In this document: one piece after another, positions 31,324 through 44,320 of the stretch
How the letters are laid out: each line of letters begins with the position of its first letter
Position numbering within the stretch: the stretch's first letter is position 1
Assembly: GCA_964016885.1 (NCBI GenBank)
Contig: OZ024743.1
Coordinates: forward strand, 240,188,001 to 240,252,000
Source: Eledone cirrhosa
Taxonomy: Eukaryota
DNA: 64,000 nt
Reading direction: 5' to 3'
Notes under the pieces: generated by a model
Told to the model about the DNA's origin: nothing
The model's database searches: none
Seen by the model: the letters and a program-made list of their open reading frames with translations, nothing else
Program-made: the position numbers and the translations under genes

Positions 31324-32097
31324 GTGTCAGCACCAAGCAAAACTATTGCGGAGACCCTGAGGAACCATGGCTTCCTGAGGACTCTGGCGCAGATAGAAAG
31401 AAAAAGAAAAGAAATTGAGAAGGCCTATGAACTCATAGCGCCACATATGGCGATGCTAAGCCGTGCCCTCAAGGAGGAGAAAAACGGGGTGAAAGAGAGA
31501 GGAAAGGAAAAAGAAAAGGTAAAAGGAATAAAGCACAAGCACGGACCTGAAAGAAAGTGAGATACCCGCCGCCACAGTCAGGGAGGGCAGGCCGGGCAAC
31601 CAACAAGCGAATGATAAAGGTGAGAAGCGAAATCACCTTCCGAAAGAGAACCATGCGAAGAGGGACCAGTGGACAACTGTCCAAAGGAAGAACAAAAAGC
31701 ACCGAGACACTGAGAGCAAGAAAACCCAGGTAATGTGCAAGTTCTTCAGGAACGGGACCTGCTGGCATGGAGAGACAGGGGTGGGCTGCAGATTCGTTCA
31801 CCCCAGGCCCCAAACGAACTATGCCCATGCCCCAGCCAAAACCAATACAAGCCGCTCCAGAAGTATGCTGAAGTCGCGCGTGCCGCGACAACAAGGAGAG
31901 AGTTCGCACATGACAACAAGATACAGATGGCAGCAGCAGAGCAGAACATTTTTTTAGTGATGGCAGAGAAGATTGTGGGACAGCTGACCTGGCTGCATCG
32001 TTTTCAGAGCCAGGGTCACCCACACCAGCACTCGAGACCACCACAATTAAGTGACCCAGAGTGGCCGCCGCTGACACCAGGCCAGGTGTCATACTGA
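31324..32097 (+). pseudogene. LINE ORF1 remnant with CCCH zinc finger
   Basis: Frameshifted pieces 31324-31560, 31733-31957 (CKFFRNGTCWHGETGVGCRFVHP) and 31735-32097, overlapping the ORF2 start. Confidence 0.6.
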
Positions 32098-35012
32098 CAG
32101 CCATTGCTGGCACCCCAAAGGTCACACCAGTGCTGCTGCTAAATGTCAGAGGCCTGGCGAAACTCACTAACATGAGTAAAATGTCCTACCTGGGAGACTT
32201 AGCCATAAGCAATCAAGTATTACGCATGGCACTAACCGAAACGCATCTGACAAGCAGTATAGCAGATGCAGAAATACATATACCGAAATATACTGTATTT
32301 CGTTCGGACAGGAAGGAGAAAACTCATGGTGGGGTTGCTCTGTATATCCGTGAAAATGTCACACCAATTGTACTGTTGACACATTCAAACTCAGTCTGTG
32401 ACACACTGATAGTACATATGAAGCAACTAAAGACAGTAATATGTGTCACATATCGGCCGCCCGATGCCCCCAGTCATGAGGGTAATTTTTAGGATAGCCT
32501 CAGTAGGATAGAAGAGGTCCTTGATAAACTGGACCAGGGTCTCAACATTCTACTGCTGGGAGACTTCAACCTGCCAAAGGTCAAATGGCCTGAGGGCCAC
32601 CTGCTCCCTGGAATGACGTCAATAGAACAGAGACAGACGGAATCCCTACTGGCCCTCACACACAGTCTGTTCATGGTACAAGCAGTACTCCTCCCAACAA
32701 GAGGCTAAAATGTCCTGGACCTCTGTTTTACAAACAACGAAGTGCTCATCCACAATGTAAAGGTGACACCAACAATTTTCTCGGACCATAACTTAGTAGA
32801 ACTAATGATATGTGGTCCGAGAGAACCAACAGAGACACAACCATCAAGAAGCTCCGGGACGTTATCCGGCCTTAACTTCTACAAGGCTAACTGGAAAAAG
32901 ATTAAGAGAGAAATCCGGAAACAAATATGGAGCGAAAACACTGCCACACAAGACACCAACACACAATTTCAACACTTCATCACAACGATACACACTATAT
33001 GCAAAATTTTGTCCCAGAGAAAAAGGCAAACAGACACAAAAATCTGAGATAGGAAAATCCTTATGAAACGTAGAACCAAGCTCTCAAACCAGTTGAATAC
33101 ACAAGAAGAAAACAAAAGCAAGAAGGAATCCAATTTGAAACATGCACTACTTGACACCGAGATTGCACTCAAACTTTCTCATGAAAATGAGAGGGCAAAG
33201 AAAGAAAGCAAGGCCATAGAAAATATTAAAAGAAGGCCTTCTTTAAATTTGCAAAAGAAACTGCCTCGGTACACTGCAGGATTGGGGCACTCTTCCATAC
33301 GGTTCATTAACCGAGAATCCCCAAGAGATATGTGAAATACTGAACGAATAGTACAAAAGTGTGTTCACATGTCCACTGAGGCACATGCAAATAACAAAGC
33401 CAGAGGACTTCTTTGGTGGAGGAGGATGTGTTATACGCCATAGATGAAATTAGAACAGACTCAGCTGCTGGACCTGATGGATTCCAAGCAGTCCTCTTAA
33501 AAACATTTAAGCAGGCCTTAGCAACTCCACTGAAGACACACTTCAGAAGTTTCTTGGCTAGCGGTATACTACCCAGGGAGCTGAAAGAAGGCACAATATG
33601 CCCTATCCATAAAGGAGGTAGCAGAGCGGAGGCCAAAAACTATAGGCCAGTCTCCTTGACGTCGCATATCAGTAAGGTCATGGAGCGAGTCGTCAGAAAG
33701 AAACTGATCACTTTCCTCGAGGAAAATGACCGCCTGACTAGCACGCAGCATGGCTTCGGCCCAGGAAGAAGCTGCCTTACACAGCTGCTACATCACTACG
33801 ACTGGGTACTGAAACAACTGCTAGACAGCTCGCATGTAGACGTGATATATCTTGACTTCGCGAAGGCATTTGACAAGGTCGGCAACGGAATGATATGTCA
33901 CAAACTACACGGTTTCGGCATAACTGGAAAAGTAGGTGAGTGGCTGCATAACTTCTTAAAGGACAGAAGCCAGACAGTCGCAGCAAACGGCGCCCTCTCA
34001 AAGGAAACATCAATAACAAGTGGGGTGCCCTAAGGGACAGTTCTGGGACCACTACTGTTTTTGGTGGCTCTCTCAGACATGCCCTCTGTAGTACATACAA
34101 CAACATCCCTCACTAGCTATGCTGATGACATGCAAAAACCCGGCTGACGCTGCCCTTTTACAACAAGATCTGGATGCTATATACAAATGGGCGGAAGAAA
34201 ACAACATGCAGTTTAATGCTGGCAAATTCCAAGCCCTACAATACAAGCCTGGAAACACAAATACAGTACAAAACAGTTACGCAGGACCAGGAGGGACCGA
34301 TATCCCCGTGTCAAAATCGATACGAGACCTGGGCATAGACATGAGCGATGATGCATCTTTTTCCTCACACATCATGAAAGTGGTGACAATGTGCAGACGA
34401 CTCGCTGGCTGGATCTTGAGGACTTTCCGGACAAGAGACCGAGACACCATGTTGACACTATGGAGGACATTTGTCCTAAGCCGCCTGGACTACTGCTCCC
34501 AGTTGTGGTCACCACATAGTGTCAGACTAACCATGCAGCTTGAGGCAATCCAGCGAAGCTACACCAAGAGGATTGCCACGATGAAGGGGACAAGCTACTG
34601 GGAGATGCTAAAAGAACTGAACGTCTACTCCTTGGAACGAAGACGGGAGAGATACGCAGTGATCTACATGTGGAAAATCCTGGAGGGACTAGCACCAAAC
34701 TTTGGCATTTGGAGCTGGACCAACCGTCGAACAGGACGTCACTGTGTGGTGCCAAAGGTCCCGTCTTCCACATCTAGAATAAGGAGCAGGTATTGCAATA
34801 GCCTGGGATTCAAGGGCCCTCAACTCTTCAACAAGCTGCCGAAGGATCTGAGAGATTTGTATGGTGTGGAGGTGGATGTCTTCAAGAAATATCTCGACAC
34901 CTTGCTATTCAGGATCCCGGATGAGCCCACAGCAAGGCACGAGGGAAACCTAAGGGCAGCAGCAACAAACTCCCTCTTACGCCAGTGGCCAACCAATACA
35001 GGCTGGAGATAA
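32061..35012 (+). pseudogene. LINE ORF2 (APE endonuclease + reverse transcriptase), interrupted by stops/frameshifts
   Basis: LLNVRGL, LTETHL, RSDR..HGGVALY, YRPP, GDFN, SDH; AAGPDG, NYRPVSLTS, QHGF, YLDFAKAFDKV, SGVP*G, YADD; RLDYCSQLWSP, YSLERRRERY. Stops at 32490, ~32706, 34031. Confidence 0.92.
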
Positions 35013-35087
35013 AATGTGTAGCAACAAGGGCGGTGCCCCAGCATGGCCTAAGTCGGATGGCTGGAACAGGTAAAAGAGTAAAAGACT

Positions 35088-35410
35088 ATATACGTATGGG
35101 CTATATTGAACATTAATAATAATGTTGATTCGTTTGTAAAGAAACGGACCGATTTGAAGCTGTCTCGTGCCGGTGACCCATCGTCACCTGTTTGTTCAAT
35201 ACTGATTCGAACATCCACTGAAGAGAAATTTTAATTCTCTCCACTGAATTGCGAAACAATTCTACCCAAAGCTGTTTGGATGTTGATAGTTATTATAATT
35301 GGTTTGTAAATCTTAATGTATCCCTTTAAGTGAGTCTGGTGAACCGTATTATCTTTATTCAGTATTTGCTTAACCCTGGCGGTTTTTGTCCCTTGTGATT
35401 TGAACGTATA
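35088..35410. mobile_element. Hammerhead cassette related to 22861-23703
   Basis: 35091-35210 aligns with 23008-23127 (TACGTATGG...GTTTGTAAAGAAAC...CCATCGT...TTTGTTCAA.ACTGA); contains a hammerhead motif; TA-flanked. Confidence 0.7.
35210..35284 (+). ncRNA. Type I hammerhead ribozyme motif
   Basis: AACATCCA-CTGAAGA-gaAATT...AATTgc-GAAACA-loop-TGTT-TGGATGTT; perfect 8-bp stem I, GUU triplet, imperfect stem II. Confidence 0.7.
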
Positions 35411-35473
35411 TATGTATATATGTGACTAGTGTGGGTTTTTAACTCACTATATAATGTTGATATATATATATAC

Positions 35474-35692
35474 ATGAAACGAACAAATAACATAGTCAGA
35501 CAGATGGATCCGAGAGAGAACTTGGATATATATATATATATATATATATATAACGAAGGAAATGTGGTAAGGAACCAGGTGGACCATAACGCACCAAAGT
35601 ACTCAATACTTAGGGTAGTAGAGTGGGTAATAGGAACGAGTAGGACCCCGACGGCTGAGCTCAAGCCGTTTCGACGGCGTCCTACTCGTTCC

Positions 35693-35731
<39 letters not shown>

Positions 35732-35739
35732 ATGTGTGT

Positions 35740-35831
<92 letters not shown>

Positions 35832-35932
35832 CATACACATACACATACACACACACATATATATATATATACATATATCCAAGTTCTCTCTCCGATCCAT
35901 ATCTGTCTGACTATCTTATTTGTTCGTTTCAT
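35474..35932. repeat. 57-bp inverted repeat pair enclosing microsatellites and a nested cassette
   Basis: 35474-35530 is the reverse complement of ~35875-35932. Confidence 0.8.
35551..35694 (-). mobile_element. Truncated fold-back cassette with hammerhead 3' half, same family as 60477-60576
   Basis: Minus strand GCCGTC-GAAACGGC-ttgagctca-GCCGTC-GGGG; 17-bp inverted arms ATAGGAACGAGTAGGAC; shares TAACGAAGGA..TGTGGTAAGGAACCAG end with 60477. Confidence 0.6.
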
Positions 35933-36228
35933 TACGCATACATCATGCCAGCAGAAATATTTATTTTCTGTTGCACGAGCCGGCAATTTCATGTAATAGT
36001 CTCAAGTTAAATCGAGCGAAACTGCATCTGGTATGAGAGCTGAAGAGGTCAGATGATTTTTTTGTGGTATTGTCTCGTTCCTTTTCGTCCATTGCTTCGC
36101 TCTTCCTATCACTTCTGCGGGCAAAACACTTCTTGTCGCTGATTTGTCGTTCGAAGTAAATTTTACCCGACGCCGTCATTGACGGCATCTTGAGTTGAGT
36201 TTCTCTCATTATTCTATATATATATATA

Positions 36229-36463
36229 TGATAGAAAAAACGAGGAGGTTTCGTTTAGATATGAAAAATATGTATTGCGTATCAAACATAACCCCTATAT
36301 GTCACCTTGAGTCAAGCCTCTGCGAAACGCGCGTAACAGGTAGATACGCAATAACTATTTTTCATATGTAAACGAAACTTAGTCCGCTTTTTCTATTATA
36401 TACACTGCCTGTGCATAGAGTCCTTGATTTGGTAGTAATAACAGTATTTCATCGTACTACCTA

Positions 36464-36468
<5 letters not shown>
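36229..36468 (+). mobile_element. Fold-back cassette with hammerhead 3' half
   Basis: ~53-bp inverted arms 36230-36284 / 36343-36397 around GC-GAAAC-GCGC-GTA-ACAGG; tail then (TA)n; CUGANGA not recognisable. Confidence 0.6.
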
Positions 36469-36504
<36 letters not shown>

Positions 36505-36947
36505 CATAGTGTGAGTTTGGACATATTTTCATAGAGATAGAAATGAATCCATTTTAAATCATGCATGTATATTCATATCGACACATTAAAAGCATCATGA
36601 TCTATGTGTCTGTGGGTGAGGGCACACATGTCAAAGCGTATATACGACATCTGAAACACAATGATATAGAGGATCGGGTGAATTTTCGGTGCCAAAATCG
36701 CTTACTCTGTGATAACACAAATCTCCATCTTATACATGCACACATTTTCAGGTTGATAAGAGTGCAGGAAATATAACAGAGAATGTCGGGACTGTCGCTG
36801 TCCACATATTCTATTTTAAATACACAGAACATGTGATACCTCCTTTTCTCTTTCCCTAATTCTCAGACGAAGGCACACTGTCACAGATTTAATAGACTAC
36901 ACACCTCACGACAGTTAAAGTTATCTAACTTTCTTGTATTTGTACGT

Positions 36948-36978
<31 letters not shown>

Positions 36979-36985
36979 CAGTAGC

Positions 36986-37038
<53 letters not shown>

Positions 37039-37070
37039 AGCAGCAGCAGCAGCAGTAGCAGCAGCAATAA
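36948..37070. repeat. (TAG)n/(CAG)n trinucleotide microsatellite
   Basis: Direct reading. Confidence 0.95.
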
Positions 37071-37254
37071 TAGAAGCGACAGTACTAGTCACCGCAACAG
37101 TAGTAGCGTACAAAATGTACTCAATACGATAGAATATTAATTTAGAAATGTCGTGTGATACCGGCACTGGCAGCTACTGTGATTTTGCATGGAATTAACA
37201 TACTTCTACTTGTCGCTATTCTGGAAGAAATGTTAAAACTAAATAAAGATTTCT

Positions 37255-37420
37255 AATTTAGGCTTAAGAACAGCAATTTGTCGATTAAATCGGCTGCAGT
37301 ACTTAACTGTTATAAACGTTAAAGCTAACAGCTTGCATTTGAACTCAATGTAAAGAACCGAAACAAATGCTACAAAGCATTTGACCAACGCTTTAACGAT
37401 TCTGCCAATCCACTGCCCCC
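37255..37420 (-). mobile_element. Degenerate tRNA-derived SINE
   Basis: Minus strand TGGCAGAATCGTTAAAGCG...GAGTTCAAA head; same family as 38204 and 53725. Confidence 0.55.
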
Positions 37421-37759
37421 TAAAAATCTAAATGGTAAAAAATACCATCACTTACCTTCATTTTCATCTCCCATTAATACAGGATTTAAAGTAAGAAGTT
37501 TCTATATTCAAGACGAATCATTGACGAACGATTGAAGTTTGAAGTAACACACAACATCAAAACAGTAAAAATCACTTTACACAAACATTTTACGAGACCG
37601 TGATTGATTCTTGAGCCAATACAAAGAAGAAAGTTAACAGAGTGAGCTTACGGCATATGTGATATTGATTATCCTTCTAGAGACAGTTTATAGATTTCAT
37701 AAATTTAATGACAATATAAAGCAGGTACAAGATAGTAAGAAATAGTCTAGGTATGTGGC

Positions 37760-38075
37760 GTGTGTGTTAAACCTACGTCGATTCTGACGAAGAGTGTTCG
37801 AGTTGTTCCAACAGCGGAACAGCCTGCTCTTGAAATTAATGTGATAAGTGGCTGAATATTCAACTGACATATGTACCGCAACAGAATTCTCTGGGAGATT
37901 CGGCGTAATTCAATGTTTAACATGGCTTGTCCTTTAAGTTCCGAATACGACTTAGTTTTACCAGCTGAGTAGACTGGGGTAATGTTAAATAGATTGTCTT
38001 GCTAAAGGACACTAAGCGGCACCAAGAATCAAAATCACAACTTTACGACCACGAAGGGAACACGCTAAGCACTAA
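37760..38075 (-). mobile_element. Degenerate tRNA-derived SINE (second family)
   Basis: CCAGCTGAGTAGACTGG...TGTCTTGCTAAAGGACAC core shared with 27405-27455 and 40487-40540. Confidence 0.55.
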
Positions 38076-38203
38076 ATCTCACACACCGTCATGGTGCAGA
38101 TGGATATCAGAGTGGTGTACGTAAGTTGATCTCGCCGCAAGAGCTCTTCAACATTCGTAGGCTATGCATAGCTAATTCAGAGTGTAGAATACATTTTATT
38201 ATT

Positions 38204-38385
38204 TGGCAGTATCGGTAGAGAGTCGGACACCATGCTTTGAAGCATAGAGTTACGTCCCTTTATGATCTGAGTTCAAATCACGCCGAGGTAAACTTTGCCT
38301 TTCATCCTTACGGGGTCAATAAAATAAAGTACCAATAATGCACTGGGTAATTGCTGGCCTTGTGCCAAAAGTAGAAACAATTATT
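38204..38385 (+). mobile_element. tRNA-derived SINE
   Basis: TGGCAGTATCGGTAGAG (A box)...GAGTTCAAATC (B box)...CTTTGCCTTTCATCCTTACGGGGTC; close reverse complement of 53725-53905. Confidence 0.7.
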
Positions 38386-41300
38386 AGCAAGAAAAATGTC
38401 AATTGTATGTATTAATACTTTATGTTTAGGGGTGTGAGTGTGGTCGAATATCTTTTGTCAAATTTCTGCTTTTTCAGTTCTAGCTTTTGTATTTAAGGCG
38501 GTAAATTGGCAGGGTCGTTAGAACACCCGATAGTATGCTTCGCAGTAATCGTTTCCCTGTTCCGCGCTTTGAGCTTGTCTCGCAAAAATCAATGATGTCA
38601 CTTGTTTTTTAGAGGTCGTTGAATAAAGTGCCAGTACAAGGTTGATTATTCCTTTATGTCTCTTTCTCACTTCTCTCATCACACCCCTCTGTCTCTGTGA
38701 GTCCAGCAAGAAGCAAATTCCCATCCCCTCCGCACACACACACTCGCACTTCTAGCTAGCCAAATATTGGAAGACAGAATCATGCTCGAAATATAAAGTC
38801 ATTAATGTTACTAGCAGAAAAACCACCCTTCAGGTGGTTTCCTGCTAGCATGTGTAGTGTGTATATTGATATTATACACAAGTATATATATGATACATCA
38901 AATAAAATCGTAACTGACAATATCCACAGAAATTGAACGAAGACTGCGTTACACTCTCTTATGTAATCAGTAACGTAATCCATGATACATTAAAAAAAGA
39001 CGATATTATATATAAACTGCAAATGGAGAAAATTAGTGACGGAAACATATGAATGTTTACTTAAACGATCGCTAACCGGAAGTGTTGACATTTGAAAATT
39101 TTAATGAAGAAGTGAATCTTTAAATAAGCAATAAAATATATTTAATCAACAGCTACGAAATTTAGTAGATAAATTATGTAATATTCATTCATTATTCATT
39201 CAAAGTAATCCAACTTATTTTACTAACTGGATTAAAAGAAATAAACCGTACGCAGTCCCGCACTCCTTACTTTATTATAGTTTAGATTGTTTAGCCCCAT
39301 GTCAGCCCTGGTTGGGTTGATTAAACGTATTAAATACACATTTACCGTGATTATACCGTATTGTGTAGATATTTCAAACTACATTATATATTGTGTCCCA
39401 TCCATTTTATCGAATGTATGATATGAGAAATTTCGCTGCTGTTTCTAACGGATGAAGATACCATGCAGATGGTCTCTCGTGGGTTCGAAATTTGCAATAG
39501 AAATCTGAACATCCGATGAACGATTTATAAGGAACTATCCCTCATGCTTTCCTAGAATATTCATATATTGGATAACATTTTGTGTGGCATATATATTGGT
39601 TCTGATGTGCTCAGATGTCCAATGGCGTCGTCGTCAACTTTAACATTCATTCTTCCGCGGATAAAGCACCAACCTTGGACGCCGCAGAAAAAAAGGGGAG
39701 AGTGGTACGCCCTTTCCTTCTCACTAAATGATAGAAATTACTCACTCAACTTGGAATACGAAATATCCCAAAATAAATATATACATTAATTATTTATACA
39801 TTGGTAACAGAATTTCTGACTACGTCAACGAGGAAATATCCACGGATATGTTCGTGCTCCTAAAATTTCCATCAGAACACATATTGCAGTCATCAATAAG
39901 GGAGCGGCATATCAGATAATGTAAACCTAGACATAACCATAAGAAATGTGATGCTAGACAAAAACATATCTAAGGATACCGTCTGGATGTTACAAATGAT
40001 TTGATGGATTGGTTTGACAGCTATTTTTGCCACGTGAGTTAAATCACGTGAACGCGGACTTATACCTGAGCGTTCCACAAACATGCTACCCTTATCGTAA
40101 TTTATATATACATTTTAGTGACTGCCGTCCGTCCGTCACACAAGGTGTGTGTGTGTGTATGTATGTGTGAAAGGAAGGAAGTGAAAAACTTATAGCAAAA
40201 AGGCTGTAGGCGTTCCACTTGCAACGCTGTGTGTGAGTGTATATGTATGTGTGTGTGTTTATGTGAATGTTTGTCTGTTTGTGCGTTTACATTTATATAC
40301 TCATACATATAAATGTATGCATGTGCACACACACGCACACACATATATACATGCACACACATATATACACACACACATATATATACATACGCGTGATCGT
40401 GTTGAAAGAATCCAAGTTCTCAAAAATTCAGTGGGACACAATGTGTGACAGAACAGACCTTTTGAATCAGATACAACTCATTTTGTCCAGCTGAGTGAAC
40501 TGGATTACCGTGAAATAATATATTCATCAAAGACACATCGTGTCACAAGGATTCGTACTCACAACCTAAAGATCATGAACCAAATACTCCCATGCCTTAA
40601 CACTCAATGATTATAAACCGTAGATAAATATGATGAATATCATGTCGAACGTATGGAAAATACACGAATCAAACGTAATCAAAATGGTGGACTGATGTTT
40701 GTTATAAAGGTAATTCAAAATTTATAACCGATGAATGGCTGTCCAATCCAAAGGGAAAAGCAGGCGACCGGAAAAAAAGATCAATCCTTTTTATATATTT
40801 TACTCTTCCTTCCTAAACCTCCAAAACAAATAGCTAACAAAACAATGAGATTAAATATAAATAAAGTCAAAATGGAAGAAAAGGGAAAACAAACCACTTT
40901 GAAGTCATAAGTTGTAATGTTTCATGTTGTTACTGTTGTAGTTGCTGCTGTTTAGTTAACTTTGCTGTTAGCAAAATTCCGTTGTTGATGTTCACGTTGA
41001 TGTTCAGTATATTGTGATGATGTTGAGATTCAGGTTGTTGTGTTTTCTGTTGTTGGTGTTATTTTTGTTGTTGTTGTTGTTGACGTTGGTGTTTATTTAA
41101 ATCTATTGTTGGTCATTTTTGTTGATAAAATTCCTATTGCTGTAGTTCCACAAATGTTGTTGATATTGTCGATTGAGTTGATGTCGTCTGTGAGGTTTTT
41201 GTTGATAAAGTTGACATGGTTGATATAATAGACACTTTGTCGTAGAGACTGCAGGAGTAGTTGCTTTAATGTTGTACTCGGAGTATTTTCTTGCTGTTGC

Positions 41301-41996
41301 TTTTCGCTGCTATTATTGTTTTGGTACATGTTTGTGTTATTGTTGTTGATGATGCTGTTCAGTTGCTGCCATAACAGAGATTAGATTGAGAGCTGGGTTG
41401 ATGTTGCCGAAATTCATTTCATTATAGTTCCATTAATGTCATTGTTGTTTAGTCATTGTTGGCCAGTCTCATTGGGCAGACCTAAAACTATAAAGCATTC
41501 CAGCCATGACCATCACTGTATAATTGTTCACACTGAGTATATTAGTTACCATCCAGCATACCCTTTCCATTTGAAAAACAATAGCATGGTTTGGGGTTGA
41601 GGGAGATTTGCTGTTATTTCTGGGAAGTTGAGCGACCACTTCCAAGCTCTCATTGTTAGTACTTTGGAGTCAATGTTATTACTGTAGTCATTAATGTTTT
41701 AATGACCAATGCTGTATGTGTTGATATGTTTACTCTTGTAAACAAGGACCATGGTAATAGTGATCCGTAGTTATTAATCCAGAAGTATCAGAGTCAAAAG
41801 TCGTAATGGTCTTAGAGAGACCTGGGAATTTGTTGTCTTTTTTTAAATTGGTTTTGTTAAAGTCTTAGAGTATTTAAAGAATACGAAAACATGATTAACA
41901 GAAGTGGAACAAAACACTGGGTGTGTGTGTGTGTGTGTGTTTGTGTATATAGACATATGTATAGGTGCATCCATATCTATGTGTATCCATGTGTAT

Positions 41997-41997
<1 letters not shown>

Positions 41998-42052
<55 letters not shown>
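41998..42052. repeat. (GATA)n microsatellite
   Basis: Direct reading. Confidence 0.95.
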
Positions 42053-42053
<1 letters not shown>

Positions 42054-42309
42054 CTGTAAAATGAGTGTAGGTAGTTCATATATTGGTAAATATATTCCAA
42101 ACAGTGCACAGATCAGGATGGTTGTGTCAATAACAGTCAACCACTCTCCAAAATACAACGAAATCGATCTCAATAAGCACTAGATGAGAATGGCACCAGT
42201 CTAAGATCATACTTGTTCTAACTGGTCACTGATTAGTTTATCTTTTCTCTCTCCATATCTCTATATCTTTTTCTGTATATATATATATACATATACATAT
42301 ATACATATA

Positions 42310-42417
<108 letters not shown>

Positions 42418-42612
42418 TGGCGAGAGTGTGTGTTATGTATAAGTGTCTGTGGAGTTTTGTTCGTGGAAGCCCATACATGTCTGTGGTTGTCTCGTTGGCA
42501 TCGATGCAACACCGAATCAAAATAAAGACCATAATGAGGTGGCAAGTGTTATATGGTCATTTCACTTATATATATATATATATATATATATCCATACACA
42601 CAAACACACACT

Positions 42613-42666
<54 letters not shown>

Positions 42667-43373
42667 TATACACAAACATGTATATATAATTATATGTGCG
42701 TCTACGTATATACGTATGTATAATATATGTATTGCTGTGTGTACGTACACTCACACACATACATATATACCAACAGCTCCCAAGCACTGGGCAAAGTCTG
42801 TAAATATTTCAACAAAATAAACGAAAGAAAAATGATCTTATGCTTTCAAATCCCCAATTGTTTATTCATTATGTGGCGATATACTAGAAATTATATATAT
42901 TTAACTCAACTACACTGCTAGCGGTGGTGGTCGGGGTGGTTAGGATTGGGGCTTTAGTGCTGGTGTTGATGATAGTGCTGGAGATGATGATGATGGTGAC
43001 AGTGTGTGGTGGAGGGAGTTATGTGTTGGTTAGGATTGTGGTTTTGGTAGTGATATTGATGGTAGTCGAGGTGCGGGTAAAGGAGTGGGGGGAGGGGGGG
43101 AAGTGTGGGGGGGGGGGAATTTATGGTGGTGGAGGAAATGTTGGTGGTGGAGGAAGTGGTAGTGGTGGAGGAACTGGTGGTGGTGTGTTTGGTGGTGGTT
43201 CAAATATGCTATTGGTGATCATGTTGATGTTGGTGGCAGTAATGGTGGTGGGGTGGTAGGAGGGGGAGAATAATGCTGATGGCCATCGAGGAGTTAAAAA
43301 TTTGGGTTGTGATGGTAATAGTTGAGGGTTTTAACTGTTTCTTGTGGATGTGATGGTATGGTGGTAGTGTTTG

Positions 43374-43815
<442 letters not shown>

Positions 43816-44059
43816 CTGTTATATTAGTCATTTGGTGGTTGGTGGTTGGTTAATGTTGTGAAATTGAATGGGTAGCGGTGTTGAATGGATTGCAGGGTGG
43901 TTGGTATAGTTGTTTAGCCCCGGGATTGACCTACACCACTAGATCTACCATCAAAATCATTGTAGTCATGACTATCAAGTTATAGGTTATATGTATGTAC
44001 CCCACCAACTCCTGGTAGGGTCATGAGGGTGTCTTATTGACAAACGGAGTTTCTTGGGC

Positions 44060-44320
44060 ATTATTAAACCCGATGGAGCCAACCCCCACTCCAGGTCGGA
44101 ACACAGCAGATTTCTTACAGTGAAGGATTGAGGGGGGGGGGGAGAAAGAACTGTGAAAGTGATATAGCGGAGGAATCGACCCTAGTACTAGACTGGTACT
44201 TTTTTATCGACATCGAAAGGGGGAAAGGTAAAGTTGACCTCGGTGGGATTTGAACTCAGAGTGCATATAGCCAAAACAAAGCTGAAAATATTCTATCCGA
44301 CGTCCTAACCACTCTGTCAA
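44060..44320 (-). mobile_element. Degenerate SINE; related copies at ~44970-45260 and ~53140-53370
   Basis: Shared TTAAACC.G..GGAG start and TATCGAC..CGAAAGG..GAAAGG.AAAGTTGACCTCGG.GGGATTTGAACTCAG. Confidence 0.6.

Larger units (their letters stand above)
31247..35087 (+). mobile_element. Near full-length decayed CR1-group non-LTR retrotransposon
   Basis: ORF1 remnants with CCCH finger, APE endonuclease, RT and C-terminal domain; 3' end GGCGGTGCCCCAGCATGGCC...(GTAAAAGA)2; sits in (TA)n. Confidence 0.9.

Noticed and set aside
36018-36050. GAAAC...GTA...CTGAAGA permuted hammerhead
   Set aside because: Only 6 nt available for stem I and no stem II pairing.
37784-37845. CTGACGA...GAAAT hammerhead-like string
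   Set aside because: Lies inside a SINE; the triplet would be GUG and stem I does not pair.
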